Source of the DNA: Candidatus Yonathbacteria bacterium
Lineage (GTDB): Bacteria; Patescibacteriota; Minisyncoccia; Phycocordibacterales; JACNGX01
Direction: 5' to 3'
NCBI GenBank assembly: GCA_013334825.1
Contig: JAAXWR010000003.1
Coordinates: 101,167 to 165,166, forward strand
Length of the DNA: 64,000 bases
Shown here one piece after another: positions 35,985-46,414 of this stretch. The notes below the pieces were generated by a model. That model was not told where the DNA came from. It did not search any database and saw nothing but the letters and a program-made list of their open reading frames with translations. A program made the translations under genes and the position numbers. Each line of letters begins with the position of its first letter. The first letter of the stretch is position 1.

Positions 35985-36225
35985 AGTGGTGTGTGCGAAT
36001 ATATCGCACGATAGTCGTTGTCGGATAACATTCGACCTGCATGGCCCCCGAAACGGGTGTTATTGCCTCAAACCATTATAGAATAAGCCTTTTTACATGG
36101 ACAATCTTGACGTGTGGATAACGCGTGGTATGTTTTTTTGCGTATGATGTGTGATATGTGAAAAACTATGCGGAACGCCATCAGGCGCGCCGCATAGTTT
36201 CCTTAAAATATGTTGCTATATATGG

Positions 36226-37773
36226 TTATCTGGCGTATTCAATAACGCGTGTTTCTCTGATGACATGCACTTTTATTTCGCCAGGATAGCTCAAATCTGA
36301 TTCGATACGACGGGCGATATCTCGAGCTAATTCTTTTGCTTGTATGTCTGACATTGCTTCTGGAGAGACAAATACTCGGATTTCTCGCCCTGCTTGAAGT
36401 GCAAACACTTTCTCTACTCCAGGGAATGAGAGCGCTGTTTTTTCTAAGTCTTCTAGGCGTTTGAGATATTGTTCAATAGAATCACGACGTGCTCCAGGGC
36501 GTCCGCCAGAGATTGCATCTGCTGTTTGTACGATAATTGATTCGGGTGTTTCATACGGATATTCTTCATGATGTGATTGCATTGCTTTGATGATACGTTC
36601 ATCCGCGCCGAATTTTTGCAAAATACGACGACCGATTTCTACATGCGTTCCTTGGATTTCATGGTCAACTGCTTTGCCGATATCGTGGAGAAGCGCGCCT
36701 GTTTTGGCGATACGCACGTCAGCACCAAGTTCTTCGGCGAGCATGCCCGCGATATGCGCCATCTCAATAGAGTGTTGTAAGACATTTTGTCCATAACTGG
36801 TGCGGAAGTGGAGTCGTCCAAGAATGGTCAAAATGCGTGGATCGAGATTCATGACACCGCATTCATAAGCAGCTTGTTCTCCTTTCGTCTTGATAATCTT
36901 ACTAATTTCTTCTTTCGCCTTATCAATGAATTCCTCAATCTTTGCTGGTTGGATACGTCCATCCATAATCAGATTTTCAAGGGCGACACGAGCGATTTGT
37001 CTACGTACAGGATCAAATGATGAAATGGTGATAGTTCCGGGTGTGTCATCGACAATGACGTCTACTCCCGCAGCTTGTTCAAATGCGCGGATATTACGTC
37101 CTTCTTTGCCGATAATCTTTCCTTTGATATCTTCAGAAGGAATAGTGATGCTTGTCGAAAGATAATCATTGTTTTGCGCATTTGCATAGCGCTGAACGGC
37201 AGTGGTGAGTATTTCTTGGGCGCGACGTTCGAGTTTTTCTTCATTGGTATGCTCAAGTTTTTGCATACGCACAAGCAAGTCTTCGCCGTATTCTTCCTCG
37301 GCTTTTTTGAAGAGTTCTTCACGTGCGTCCTCTGCACTGAGACTCGCGACGCGTTCGAGCTCGGTTTTTCTTTTTTCTTCAAGTGCTTCGGCACTTGCGC
37401 GAATGTTTTTGATTTCCTCGATACGCTTTTTCACATCTTCAATCTGTTTGTCGATATCTGTTTGACGGGAATCGAGCAAATCTTCTTTTTTGATAAGACG
37501 TTCCTCTGTCTTTTTGAGGTCAATACGTTTCTCTTTTGCCTCATGTTCAGCTTCTACGACAAACTTCTCGGCTTTTTTTGTTGCCTCTGTGGTAATTGTT
37601 TTGGCTTCTTCTTCTGCCGCGAGACGCATGCGTTTGATTTCTATTTCCATGCTTCCTCGTTTACCCATCGAAATAATGAGACGCAAATAATAGCCGACAG
37701 CAAGACCGATGCCTGCCGCGGCGATGATACTAATGATTGCAGTAAGCAAATCCATACGCGAAATGTTGTCCAC
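36226..37773 (-). CDS. rny: Ribonuclease Y.
   Basis: N-terminal TM helix, coiled coil, KH domain and HD domain (HSIEMAHIAGMLA...LLHDIGKA). Confidence 0.95.
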   Translation of the reverse strand: MDNISRMDLLTAIISIIAAAGIGLAVGYYLRLIISMGKRGSMEIEIKRMRLAAEEEAKTITTEATKKAEKFVVEAEHEAKEKRIDLKKTEERLIKKEDLLDSRQTDIDKQIEDVKKRIEEIKNIRASAEALEEKRKTELERVASLSAEDAREELFKKAEEEYGEDLLVRMQKLEHTNEEKLERRAQEILTTAVQRYANAQNNDYLSTSITIPSEDIKGKIIGKEGRNIRAFEQAAGVDVIVDDTPGTITISSFDPVRRQIARVALENLIMDGRIQPAKIEEFIDKAKEEISKIIKTKGEQAAYECGVMNLDPRILTILGRLHFRTSYGQNVLQHSIEMAHIAGMLAEELGADVRIAKTGALLHDIGKAVDHEIQGTHVEIGRRILQKFGADERIIKAMQSHHEEYPYETPESIIVQTADAISGGRPGARRDSIEQYLKRLEDLEKTALSFPGVEKVFALQAGREIRVFVSPEAMSDIQAKELARDIARRIESDLSYPGEIKVHVIRETRVIEYAR

Positions 37774-38183
37774 GTACGAAAGACGAGTATGTGAATATGC
37801 GCCGTCTAGCGCGAGTATTCAGTGCACAAATGGCGCCGGTGTCAGAATCCGGAAAGGAAATAAAGACGGAAAAGAGCGATCAAAAGACATCATGTATGCG
37901 TTCGTCAGCCGTACGCGGAGAATCGGATAAAGGTTCTGCCGCCAATACCATGTCAATCAAAAAGGGCGGATTACAATTGAATGTACGGTTTTAGTGTACT
38001 ACCGTTTTGTCTCATTGGCAAATACACGCACTTTGGGAAGTGTCATGTAAACAGAGAAATTCCTTTTTAAATCATATATTTAGCAGAACACATGGCAGAG
38101 AGTGCGGCACATGGAGCGTCTTTCTTAAGTCAAAACAGTAAAGAATAGACGATAAGAAGCTCATGGTATGAGGTATGAAATGA

Positions 38184-38738
38184 TTACGTACGATTATATA
38201 GTTTCTTTAATTTTTCAAGACCTCGGTGTATTTGCACAGCGGTGGCATTTTTTGATTGTTTTGTGATGAGAGAAATCTCTTCAAGTGATAGATCTTGTAT
38301 ATAGCGCATACGAAGTACTCGTTGATATTTTTCTGGAAGCTCTTTGATAAGAAGGAGCGCTATCTTTCCGTCAAAGATATCAAAGATACGTTCCGAGGTA
38401 GTGATACTTGGTTCAAAGCCTTTTTCAATAAGTTCATCAAGAGACGCGGTTTTGTGTTTGCGATACTCATCAATAATAAGCTGGTTTAAGACATGATACA
38501 GAAAAGCACGCATCAAATTGATTTTCCCACCTTTTACCAGATATTTCCATGTTTTTATAAATGTATCCTGAACAAGGTCATCACCCGTTGCCGAGTCACT
38601 TGTTTTGAAAGAGGAATAAGAACGCATGCCTTTCGCATAGTCGTGATAGGCTTTGGTTAGGACGACCCCTTTTTCTTTCTTTTGGTTCTTATCAGTCATA
38701 CTGTGATGCCGAACACAAACCGATGTTATTACACGCAC
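38184..38738 (-). CDS. ECF-type RNA polymerase sigma factor (sigma-70 regions 2 and 4).
   Basis: Region 2 (DLVQDTFIKTWKYL) and region 4 HTH (LPEKYQRVLRMRYIQDLSLEEISLITKQSKNATAVQIHRGLEKLKK). Confidence 0.8.
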   Translation of the reverse strand: MRVITSVCVRHHSMTDKNQKKEKGVVLTKAYHDYAKGMRSYSSFKTSDSATGDDLVQDTFIKTWKYLVKGGKINLMRAFLYHVLNQLIIDEYRKHKTASLDELIEKGFEPSITTSERIFDIFDGKIALLLIKELPEKYQRVLRMRYIQDLSLEEISLITKQSKNATAVQIHRGLEKLKKLYNRT

Positions 38739-38928
38739 ATTACAAAGCGTTCTGTAAAAGAAGCGATATGTCAGAAGTAAACGTGTTTTTGCGAGTGATG
38801 AAGTGGTGTGTCATTACATGTCCATGACAACCGCTAACATAATAAGGAGAATGTTCTTACTTCTTACCTTAGCATGGTATGCATTGAGAAGCGAGTGGTT
38901 GTAATAAAAGAGTTTTTTCATCGGCACC

Positions 38929-39510
38929 GTGTGCATGAAACAAAAACACAATACAATAAAAGAAAGTGATATTCCTGTCGGAGCGGATTTCGTTGAACAC
39001 TTTTGGGAGAAGAGCTGGGTGTATATCAAGACTGTCGTTGATGTTGTACGTGAACCGATACTTATTCTTGATAAAGATTTGCATGTGATGGCGGCAAATG
39101 AATCTTTTTATCGGATGTTTCAGGTTACTCGACATGATACCGAGAAAAAGCTTGTATATGAATTAGGGAACGGTCAGTGGAACATCCCTTCGTTACGAAA
39201 ACTTCTTGAAGATATATTGCCGCAAAATGCATTTTTTAACGGATTTGAGGTTTCTCATAATTTTCCTATTATTGGTCAAAAGGTCATTATATTAAACGCA
39301 CGTCAGATTCATGTGGAAGGAGACGCTACGTTTCCGCCTATTATTCTTCTTGCAATGGAGGATGTTACCGATATGATGGCAGTCGCCGAAACCCTCGCAG
39401 GACATACAAGACAGGTAAAAACATTATTGACCGAACGAACACATAAACTTGAAATACGGTTAGAGAAATTAGAAAAAGAGGTACGTGGTACAAAGAAGAG
39501 ACGGGCATGA
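38929..39510 (+). CDS. PAS-domain protein.
   Basis: PAS-like segment REPILILDKDLHVMAANESFYRMFQV...VIILNARQI. It lies divergent from the ECF sigma gene. Confidence 0.55.
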   Translation: MCMKQKHNTIKESDIPVGADFVEHFWEKSWVYIKTVVDVVREPILILDKDLHVMAANESFYRMFQVTRHDTEKKLVYELGNGQWNIPSLRKLLEDILPQNAFFNGFEVSHNFPIIGQKVIILNARQIHVEGDATFPPIILLAMEDVTDMMAVAETLAGHTRQVKTLLTERTHKLEIRLEKLEKEVRGTKKRRA

Positions 39511-39657
39511 CCCTTTTTATATCCTTGTACATGTAATAGTCACGCCGTGGGTTCGGCATCATATAGAGAGACGCTCCATGACGAGTCGACATGGAGATAT
39601 GTCAAAAAATCTCTTATTTATTCGGAATATTAATTTTTTTTAACGATACATACTTTT

Positions 39658-40359
39658 ATGAATACATTACATACTCAAACACAGAAGAAATCCTCAAAAA
39701 CGATGTTTATTGCGTGGATGACCATGTTGTCAGTTGTTTTTTCTTTCGTCGGACTACCAAATGCGTATGCCGCGATAACAGGACAATTGGATCTTGGAGA
39801 CCGTGGCGCAGAAGTCTCTGAACTTCAGACATATTTGGCAACAGACACAGCAATCTATCCCTCGGGTCTTGTTACGGGATATTTTGGACAACTGACACAA
39901 ACTGGTGTACAAAGATTTCAAACAGCGCAGAGTATTGTTTCTTCGGGAACACCAGCGACGACAGGATATGGAAGGGTTGGGCCAGCAACACGTGCTGCAA
40001 TCAATGCGAAGTTGGGTGGAGATGATGTCTCTGCGCCGCGTATCAATAGTGTTGATATAACAGCAGGGGAGACAAATGCTGTAATCAGTTGGACAGCAAG
40101 CGAAGCATCTTTTGGTAAGGTGTATTACGATACATCACCGCTGCGACTCAGTAACATGTTTGATATTACAGGGGTCTTCTCTGGAGAGCCGGTAGTAACG
40201 GGGACATTGGCTGAATATGATGACAATGCACGTGTTACACACACCGTAAACATCAACAATCTTACTTCTGATACGACATATTATTATATAGTTGTGGTCT
40301 TTGATGCTTCAAAGAATATAAGCATTACGTTACCCGCACATTTCCGCACCACGAAATAA
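39658..40359 (+). CDS. Secreted protein with a peptidoglycan-binding (PG_binding_1-like) domain and a fibronectin-III-like domain.
   Basis: Signal peptide, then LDLGDRGAEVSELQTYLATDTAIYPSGLVTGYFGQLTQTGVQRFQ (PGBD), then a C-terminal beta-sandwich-like region. Confidence 0.6.
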   Translation: MNTLHTQTQKKSSKTMFIAWMTMLSVVFSFVGLPNAYAAITGQLDLGDRGAEVSELQTYLATDTAIYPSGLVTGYFGQLTQTGVQRFQTAQSIVSSGTPATTGYGRVGPATRAAINAKLGGDDVSAPRINSVDITAGETNAVISWTASEASFGKVYYDTSPLRLSNMFDITGVFSGEPVVTGTLAEYDDNARVTHTVNINNLTSDTTYYYIVVVFDASKNISITLPAHFRTTK

Positions 40360-40553
40360 AAAATCTCTAAGGGATAAAAATAACATACAACACATCACCA
40401 AACTCTGTTTGGTGATGTGTTGTATGGAGCTTACGAAATAGAGAAATGAGTAAATATATGAAATATTTTTTACTATGTACTTTTTGACACAGCTTGGAGA
40501 ATGTGTAAAATTATGAGCAGTTTTGCTTGTAAACAATATAAACGATTAAGAAT

Positions 40554-41225
40554 ATGAAGAAATATTTTTTTTCACGGCTCCATATATTTATGGAAAGAGT
40601 CCGGGCATTAGATATTATCTGGATGTACGGTGTAGCATGCTTAGCAGTGTTTTTTTTGATGCTAGGAAATGAAGTACGAAAAGGTGGTATTACTGTCTCG
40701 CAATATCTTGTTGTGGTAGATGTGTTTATCTTATTTGTGTGTATCCTTGTATTATTTTCCTATCGGGCGAATGTACGATGGGCTATCAGGCGTCTTACAG
40801 AAACAGAGAAGTTTTGTATGTGTATGATCGAGTATGCAAATTATCTGGATGAAATACAAGGAGTGTTTACGAAAGATAGTACACATGTACTTGAAAAAGT
40901 GAGCCTTTTAAAGGCACTTCAAGAGGATATTTATACGTATTGTATGAATTTCCCCCAAACATTCATACATGATTTCTATGGAACGGAGAATTATGATTCT
41001 GTTACTTTTTTCATGCAGGGAAAATCAGAAGCATTTACCGATCCGTATTTGTTTGCTGACATGAAGAACATTTCTCTTGAACAAGCACTTTTTGAGATTC
41101 ATGACGTACTTCTTCAAAAGAAAAAAGATGCAGTTTGCATATTGCGTGAACATTATGAGAGGCGCAAGGGTGAATGTGTAAAAAAAAGACTAGAAGCTGA
41201 AAAGGTCTTATCAAGAGGGAAGTAA
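40554..41225 (+). CDS. Hypothetical membrane protein.
   Basis: 223-aa ORF with two N-terminal TM helices and a terminator at about 41227-41253. Confidence 0.5.
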   Translation: MKKYFFSRLHIFMERVRALDIIWMYGVACLAVFFLMLGNEVRKGGITVSQYLVVVDVFILFVCILVLFSYRANVRWAIRRLTETEKFCMCMIEYANYLDEIQGVFTKDSTHVLEKVSLLKALQEDIYTYCMNFPQTFIHDFYGTENYDSVTFFMQGKSEAFTDPYLFADMKNISLEQALFEIHDVLLQKKKDAVCILREHYERRKGECVKKRLEAEKVLSRGK

Positions 41226-41329
41226 GAAACGCCGAGGCATCCCCTCGGCGTTTATTGACAATAATATGTTATTAATGTATTCTATTTATGGTGTTTCTAA
41301 CTATAAAATAAGAATTAGGTATCGGTATA

Positions 41330-41653
41330 TATGATGAAAGGTCTCTTGCGGAAAATTTAAAGAGAATTCGAAAAGAGAAAGGACTATCTCCTGAGCAACT
41401 GTTAAGGAGATCAGGTCTTTCCGTTAAGGATATTCTTTCAATAGAAGATGGGAGTCGATTTCCAGGCATTATGGGCATCGTATCTCTAGCCGAAGGGCTT
41501 GGGGTAGCTCCGCTAGATTTATTAGAGGGAGATCCTTTTTTAGATGATGTTGCGGCATCTGCTGAGAAATCAGGAGATCCCAGTGTGTTAATTTCTTTTT
41601 TTGTGAGAATAGCAAAAAAAGAAGGACCAGGGTTTCGTTTAACGCGCAATTGA
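41330..41653 (+). CDS. XRE-family HTH transcriptional regulator (start unresolved, possible frameshift or non-canonical start).
   Basis: Strong HTH_3 match in-frame upstream of the called ORF 41471-41653: LKRIRKEKGLSPEQLLRRSGLSVKDILSIEDGSRFPGIMGIVSLAEGLGVAPLDLL. No in-frame ATG/GTG/TTG was found between the upstream stop and the HTH. The ATG-ATG at about 41330 is out of frame. Confidence 0.5.
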   Translation, partial: YDERSLAENLKRIRKEKGLSPEQLLRRSGLSVKDILSIEDGSRFPGIMGIVSLAEGLGVAPLDLLEGDPFLDDVAASAEKSGDPSVLISFFVRIAKKEGPGFRLTRN

Positions 41654-41809
41654 ATATCGTCCGGGTATATCCCGGACTTTTTGTATACTTTCATTTTTTT
41701 GATCATTCATATATACTATCAAAATGGATAAGGAATGATGCGTTTAATATAGTATATTAAACTTTTTTATACTAACTTTGTCACTTCCTAATGTTCTCAC
41801 ATACTCACT

Positions 41810-42394
41810 ATGTTAATCCCTACCGTCATAGAAAAATCACAGTTTGGTGAACGCGCATATGATATTTATTCACGGCTATTACGTGAACGCATTGTGTTTC
41901 TTGCGGGACCAATCGATGATACCGTTGCCAATATTGTTATTGCGCAACTTCTCTTCCTTGAGTCAGAAGACCCAAAGAAAGATATCAACTTGTATATCAA
42001 TTCGCCAGGTGGATATATTCACGCCGGTCTTGCCATTTATGACACAATGAAGCACGTGAAGCCAGATGTTTCCACGATTTGTGTGGGGATTGCAGCATCC
42101 ATGGCGTCGGTCCTTCTGTCGGGAGGCGCGAAAGGGAAACGGTTTATCTTACCGCGTGCGGAAGTGATGATTCACCAACCCCTCGGTGGTGCCGAAGGCC
42201 AAGCGACGGATATTGAGATTTCGGCACGACACATCTTGAAACAGCGTGAACTCTTGAACAAGGAGTTGTCAAAAAATACCGGTCAACCAGTTGCCAAGAT
42301 TGAAAAAGATGTAGAACGTGACTTCTTTATGGATGCGGATGAGGCAAAGAAGTACGGTATTGTAGATGCTATTTTGAAAGAGAAAAGTAAGTAA
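41810..42394 (+). CDS. clpP: ATP-dependent Clp protease proteolytic subunit.
   Basis: Catalytic triad context [11 protein letters not shown] (Ser), MIHQPLGG (His) and a conserved Asp. Length is 194 aa. Confidence 0.97.
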   Translation: MLIPTVIEKSQFGERAYDIYSRLLRERIVFLAGPIDDTVANIVIAQLLFLESEDPKKDINLYINSPGGYIHAGLAIYDTMKHVKPDVSTICVGIAASMASVLLSGGAKGKRFILPRAEVMIHQPLGGAEGQATDIEISARHILKQRELLNKELSKNTGQPVAKIEKDVERDFFMDADEAKKYGIVDAILKEKSK

Positions 42395-42553
42395 CAACAC
42401 AAATATGATGCGGACACGTGTAAAAGGATAATAGTTGTGTCGGTAATATGTTCTTTTGTACGTAAGCGTTGAGAATGATAATGAGAACTACACGAGGCGG
42501 ACTTATGCCCGCCTCGTGTATAAAAATAAAATCCCCACAGAATGCGGGGATAA

Positions 42554-42868
42554 TCAGTTGTCTTGTTTTCCGTAATGCATCAGGGAAATAAATGATCCTC
42601 TGATGAGAGCAGAAAACATTCGTCCTGCAAGAATGCCTATCGCAAGAGCGATGCTCCACGCAATGAGGCAAAAAAGGACGTGTGTGCCACATGCTTCAGC
42701 GTGCCATCCTGTGGTAGCTGAAGTGACGAGAAGAAGTGTCCACACAAGAAATGTACGAATAACTTTCCAATATATCAGTGCCTCTCCACGGCTGATATAT
42801 GTGCATCCGAGTGGTAGAGATATACCCAAAAGACAGGATGCTATCAATGAGATAATGAACAGTGTCAT
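42554..42868 (-). CDS. Small hypothetical membrane protein.
   Basis: 104-aa ORF with three predicted TM helices. Confidence 0.4.
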   Translation of the reverse strand: MTLFIISLIASCLLGISLPLGCTYISRGEALIYWKVIRTFLVWTLLLVTSATTGWHAEACGTHVLFCLIAWSIALAIGILAGRMFSALIRGSFISLMHYGKQDN

Positions 42869-43193
42869 ATCGCTATTATTTTTTCTTTTGAAAATCTATG
42901 CTATCGCTCAGAATAGCGCATGTGAGAAAAAATGCAAGAGAAATAAAAAAAAGACCGTTGTTACGGTCTTTCATGTTCATCATCTCCGCCATTTGTTTGG
43001 TGGGGATACTCTGTGCCGGTGACAGATGCTGATACAAGCATGGAGATTGCCATAACGATATGAAATGACATACACAGGAACTGCTTTATTGAGTTCATCG
43101 GTACAAGATTATTGATTGATGAAATGATGTCTCTCAGCACTATATACATATGAGCATGAAAAAGCAATAACAAAATGACCAGCGCGATGCTGG

Positions 43194-43589
43194 TCAATTA
43201 AGGATATAAGGATGCTTGTCGCACTCTATTTTTTTTGCAGATTCTTTTTCATGCTCTTTTTGGATTCGTGCAGTATGGCGTGCTCCAATAATAATGAGGG
43301 CTGCACCAAAAAGCGCCATCCACATAATAAGTTCCGTCAACATTTTCTTTGCAAAAAATGGTACCGGGAGGCATACGCCTATCAGGCAAATGAGCGAACA
43401 TGCAGTTGCTCCCATGCCGACAATAAAGAACGGACGTTCTGCCTTGAGGAAATATGAATGTTTATCAACAAGCATAATTTTTTCTCCCATAAGATATTCG
43501 TCTCCTTGGCGGACACGAGAATCATAGAGCTCATATTCGAGAAGTTCTTCCGCGTCTTCCCCGAAGCCAGTTTTGAATGTTCGTGACAT
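43194..43589 (-). CDS. Hypothetical membrane protein.
   Basis: 131-aa ORF with two TM helices in its C-terminal half. Confidence 0.45.
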   Translation of the reverse strand: MSRTFKTGFGEDAEELLEYELYDSRVRQGDEYLMGEKIMLVDKHSYFLKAERPFFIVGMGATACSLICLIGVCLPVPFFAKKMLTELIMWMALFGAALIIIGARHTARIQKEHEKESAKKIECDKHPYILN

Positions 43590-43735
43590 GGCTAATATGT
43601 TTAAGGTTACAAAGATACTGTTTCAGAGCATAGCGTATTTGTCGATGTTTTACAATAGATACAGAGGCGGCACCGAAGGTGCCGCCTCTGTATCTATTGT
43701 CTCGTGTTCGTTTTTCTTTTTTTATTTGTATATGT

Positions 43736-44842
43736 TTATGTTATCTGTTCTAAAAATGTAAGTGCTGCGTCATTGCCGAGAACCATTTCTACGTAATCTC
43801 GAATGTGTTGTTCGGACGTGTTCGGGTGTTGTTCTTTGAGTAGTGTTGTTTCTGCATTAAGTCGTTCTGTATCGGGAGAAAGATGCTCTGCTTTAGCGAT
43901 TGCCGTGAGTGCCAATTGTGTTTTGGCACTTTTTTCACCATCAGGTCGCCATTCTGCGCGCAAATCGTCTCGTGTTTTCTTGATATGTTCTAGATAGGCA
44001 TCAAATTTAAGACCCATATGTGAAATATTATCTTCGAATTGTGACATCATGCGGTCGATTTCTCCTTCGATAATGATATCAGGCACGTCTGTTTTCATTT
44101 CAGCAACAATTGCGTCCATAATTGCGCCACGGTGTGCTTGCATGGCACGATGCTCTTTTTCCGTACGCATATTTTCTTTGACTTTCGCACGTAGATCAGC
44201 TGCGTCGGTAAAATCACCAAGTGAACGAGCGATATCGTCAGTGAGTTCGATGGGAGTTTTGGTTTCTTCTTCCGCATGGTCATGATTGCACGTTTCATCA
44301 TGCACATGATCGTCGTGACGATGTGCCAGAACGTCGCCGATTGTTTTTTCTACTTCCTCGTCCGTTACGGTAACAGTTTCTTTTTTTGCATTTACTGTTT
44401 TTGCGAGTGCTGCATAATCGGGAAGTGTGATTTCTGGCATGACGGCAGTTGTGATAGAAAATCCAAGAGGAGAACCGCTGGCAAGTTTGGTGATGGTGAT
44501 TTCGGGATGTCCGATAGCATCAATGGCGTTACTGGTAACAATAGAAGGATATGCCTTACTTATCGCCATGCGCGCCATTTCTTCAAGGATGACCATATCA
44601 CCAACTTGTTTGATGACAAGCGCTTCAGGAATATGTCCGGGACGGAAACCGTCAAGTTGTACATGTTCTGATACGCGCGCGACAGCAGTGGCACGATGCT
44701 TTTCAAGTTCGGTAAAAGGAAGTTCCCCTGTTATTTCAACGGTTGAACGTTCTTTTTTGGTAATAGTTACTGATGGTGTGAAAGAAGTGTGTTCTGTGGT
44801 CATAATGAAAGGAAGTGTACCGTATTCGTCTTGCAAGAGCAA
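43736..44842 (-). CDS. tig: Trigger factor, short form.
   Basis: N-terminal ribosome-binding domain with GFRPGHIP (the TF signature is GFRxGxxP) and a PPIase-like middle region. The likely start is M at MTTEHTSF. Confidence 0.8.
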   Translation of the reverse strand: MLLQDEYGTLPFIMTTEHTSFTPSVTITKKERSTVEITGELPFTELEKHRATAVARVSEHVQLDGFRPGHIPEALVIKQVGDMVILEEMARMAISKAYPSIVTSNAIDAIGHPEITITKLASGSPLGFSITTAVMPEITLPDYAALAKTVNAKKETVTVTDEEVEKTIGDVLAHRHDDHVHDETCNHDHAEEETKTPIELTDDIARSLGDFTDAADLRAKVKENMRTEKEHRAMQAHRGAIMDAIVAEMKTDVPDIIIEGEIDRMMSQFEDNISHMGLKFDAYLEHIKKTRDDLRAEWRPDGEKSAKTQLALTAIAKAEHLSPDTERLNAETTLLKEQHPNTSEQHIRDYVEMVLGNDAALTFLEQIT

Positions 44843-44954
44843 GACGAATACGAAGTTGTCAGTTGTTATTTGTAAGTTTCAAGTTCATTATCGTTTCTTG
44901 ACAATATATTTTGTGAACAGCTCTTGGTCTGTTCTTGAAACCTGAAACCATGTA

Positions 44955-45060
44955 CCACGTAGGGTACATGGCAGGCTAACAACTTGTCCGCCCCGCCCTT
45001 TCTTAAGAAAGGACGGGGCGGACCCGCGCGCTCTGCGTGGCAGAGACGTCGCGGGAAACT
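44955..45060 (+). repeat. REP-like palindrome (ccatgtaccacgtagggtacatgg) followed by element copy B (the 38-bp palindrome plus the ...gagacgtcgcgggaaact tail).
   Basis: Copy B is about 90% identical to positions 1-80 over the palindrome and the tail. It lies immediately upstream of the tRNA-Arg(CCG) promoter. Confidence 0.7.
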
Positions 45061-45116
45061 TGTGTTAGCACATACGTTGCACGTTCCACATAACGCCCAT
45101 ATACTGTTTACACAAA

Positions 45117-45189
45117 GTCCCTATAGTCTAATGGATAGAATGCGACCCTCCGAAGGTCGAGATCCAGGTTCGATTCCTGGTAGGGGCAC
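45117..45189 (+). tRNA. tRNA-Arg (anticodon CCG), no clean CCA.
   Basis: gtccctatagtctaatggatagaatgcgaccctccgaaggtcgagatccaggttcgattcctggtaggggcacc. Promoter-like TTGCAC, a 17-bp spacer, TATACT lies upstream. Confidence 0.9.
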
Positions 45190-45272
45190 CCCATTGAGTT
45201 TTAAGTTTTCAGTTGCTAGTTGCCAGTTTCAAGTATACACAAAAAAGCCGCGCGAAGCGCGGCATTGGAGAT

Positions 45273-45479
45273 TTAGAGCTTTATAAAAGCTCTCACCCAC
45301 CATAGAATGGTGAGCATTTGAGGCACCAAACCAAATGGGGTCTTTAAAAAATAAACTCCCATCACAATGATGATTGTTATCAACGTTGTGGCGATGAAAC
45401 ATAAAACATTTTTCATAGCAGTTTTGTCTGAGTTTTTGGATGAACTATCTTGACCATAGTATAGCAGATTGTCAATCAT
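45273..45479 (-). CDS. Small hypothetical membrane protein.
   Basis: 68-aa ORF with one TM helix and a terminator hairpin at about 45241-45264. Confidence 0.35.
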   Translation of the reverse strand: MIDNLLYYGQDSSSKNSDKTAMKNVLCFIATTLITIIIVMGVYFLKTPFGLVPQMLTILWWVRAFIKL

Positions 45480-45580
45480 ATGTCAAGTAGTTTCGTCTAA
45501 TGTATCTTTTATATACAAGGTATAAATAGAAAGTGTGGGATAGGTTTGACACAATATTTTCCACCTGATACACTTACTGT

Positions 45581-46363
45581 ATGAAAAAAGAACTCTCCAC
45601 ACTTCAAAAACAGTTACAAATCATAGGATTATCAGATAATGAAGTATCAGCATATATGGCCCTTCTTGAGTTGGGTAAGGGCACGGTCTCTCAAATATCA
45701 AGAAAAGCACAGTTAAACCGTACCACAGGGTATGATGTGCTCGACAGATTGGTTGCAAAAGAATTGGTCAGCATCTCCGGAAAGGAGCCAAAACAGGAAT
45801 ATCTTGCCGAGTCTCCAGATAGACTGGAATCGTTGATTGTGAATGAATTAGAAAAAAAACAAAAGGAACTTGATCAGGCACGAAAGATTATTCCGGAATT
45901 GAAATCAATGCATAATGTCGCCGGTCGCCCCCAGATACGCTTTTATGAAGGGACATCAGGACTTAAAGAAGTATATGAAGATACGCTTTCCTCACATGAA
46001 GCTATTCGAGCGTATGCATCAGTGGATGATGTGCACGCAGCGCTTCCGGGATATTTTCCTCTCTATTACAAACGAAGAACCGAAAAGGGTATACCCATTC
46101 GGGCAATTTTTACTGACAATCCGGAAGGGCGAGAACTTTCAAAACACGATGCGGAAGAAATACGCGAATCCGCATTTGTCCCCGCAGAAACATATGGGTT
46201 TCACCCCGAGATAAACATCTACGACAACAAAGTGATGATCGCCTCATGGCGTGAACAGTTGGGCATCATCATCGAGAGTGTTGAAATCGCCGATGCGATG
46301 AAAAAGATATATGAGCTGGCATGGGCAGAGGCGAAACGTCTCGGTGGTGAACATGCAAAGTAA
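45581..46363 (+). CDS. TrmB-family transcriptional regulator.
   Basis: N-terminal IGLSDNEVSAYMALLELGKGTVSQISRKAQLNRTTGYDVLDRLVAKELV matches the TrmB wHTH. Confidence 0.75.
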   Translation: MKKELSTLQKQLQIIGLSDNEVSAYMALLELGKGTVSQISRKAQLNRTTGYDVLDRLVAKELVSISGKEPKQEYLAESPDRLESLIVNELEKKQKELDQARKIIPELKSMHNVAGRPQIRFYEGTSGLKEVYEDTLSSHEAIRAYASVDDVHAALPGYFPLYYKRRTEKGIPIRAIFTDNPEGRELSKHDAEEIRESAFVPAETYGFHPEINIYDNKVMIASWREQLGIIIESVEIADAMKKIYELAWAEAKRLGGEHAK

Positions 46364-46414
46364 CCATACGAATTTTTATAAAACAAAAAACGGACACGAA
46401 TGTCCGTTTGGATT

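Noticed and set aside
37075-37794. 239-aa plus-strand ORF inside rny.
   Set aside because: Antisense to the well-supported RNase Y gene. Phe/Cys-rich nonsense composition.
41272-41706. 144-aa minus-strand ORF.
   Set aside because: Low-complexity Ser/Pro-rich sequence. The opposite strand encodes a textbook XRE helix-turn-helix, so the plus-strand gene is preferred.
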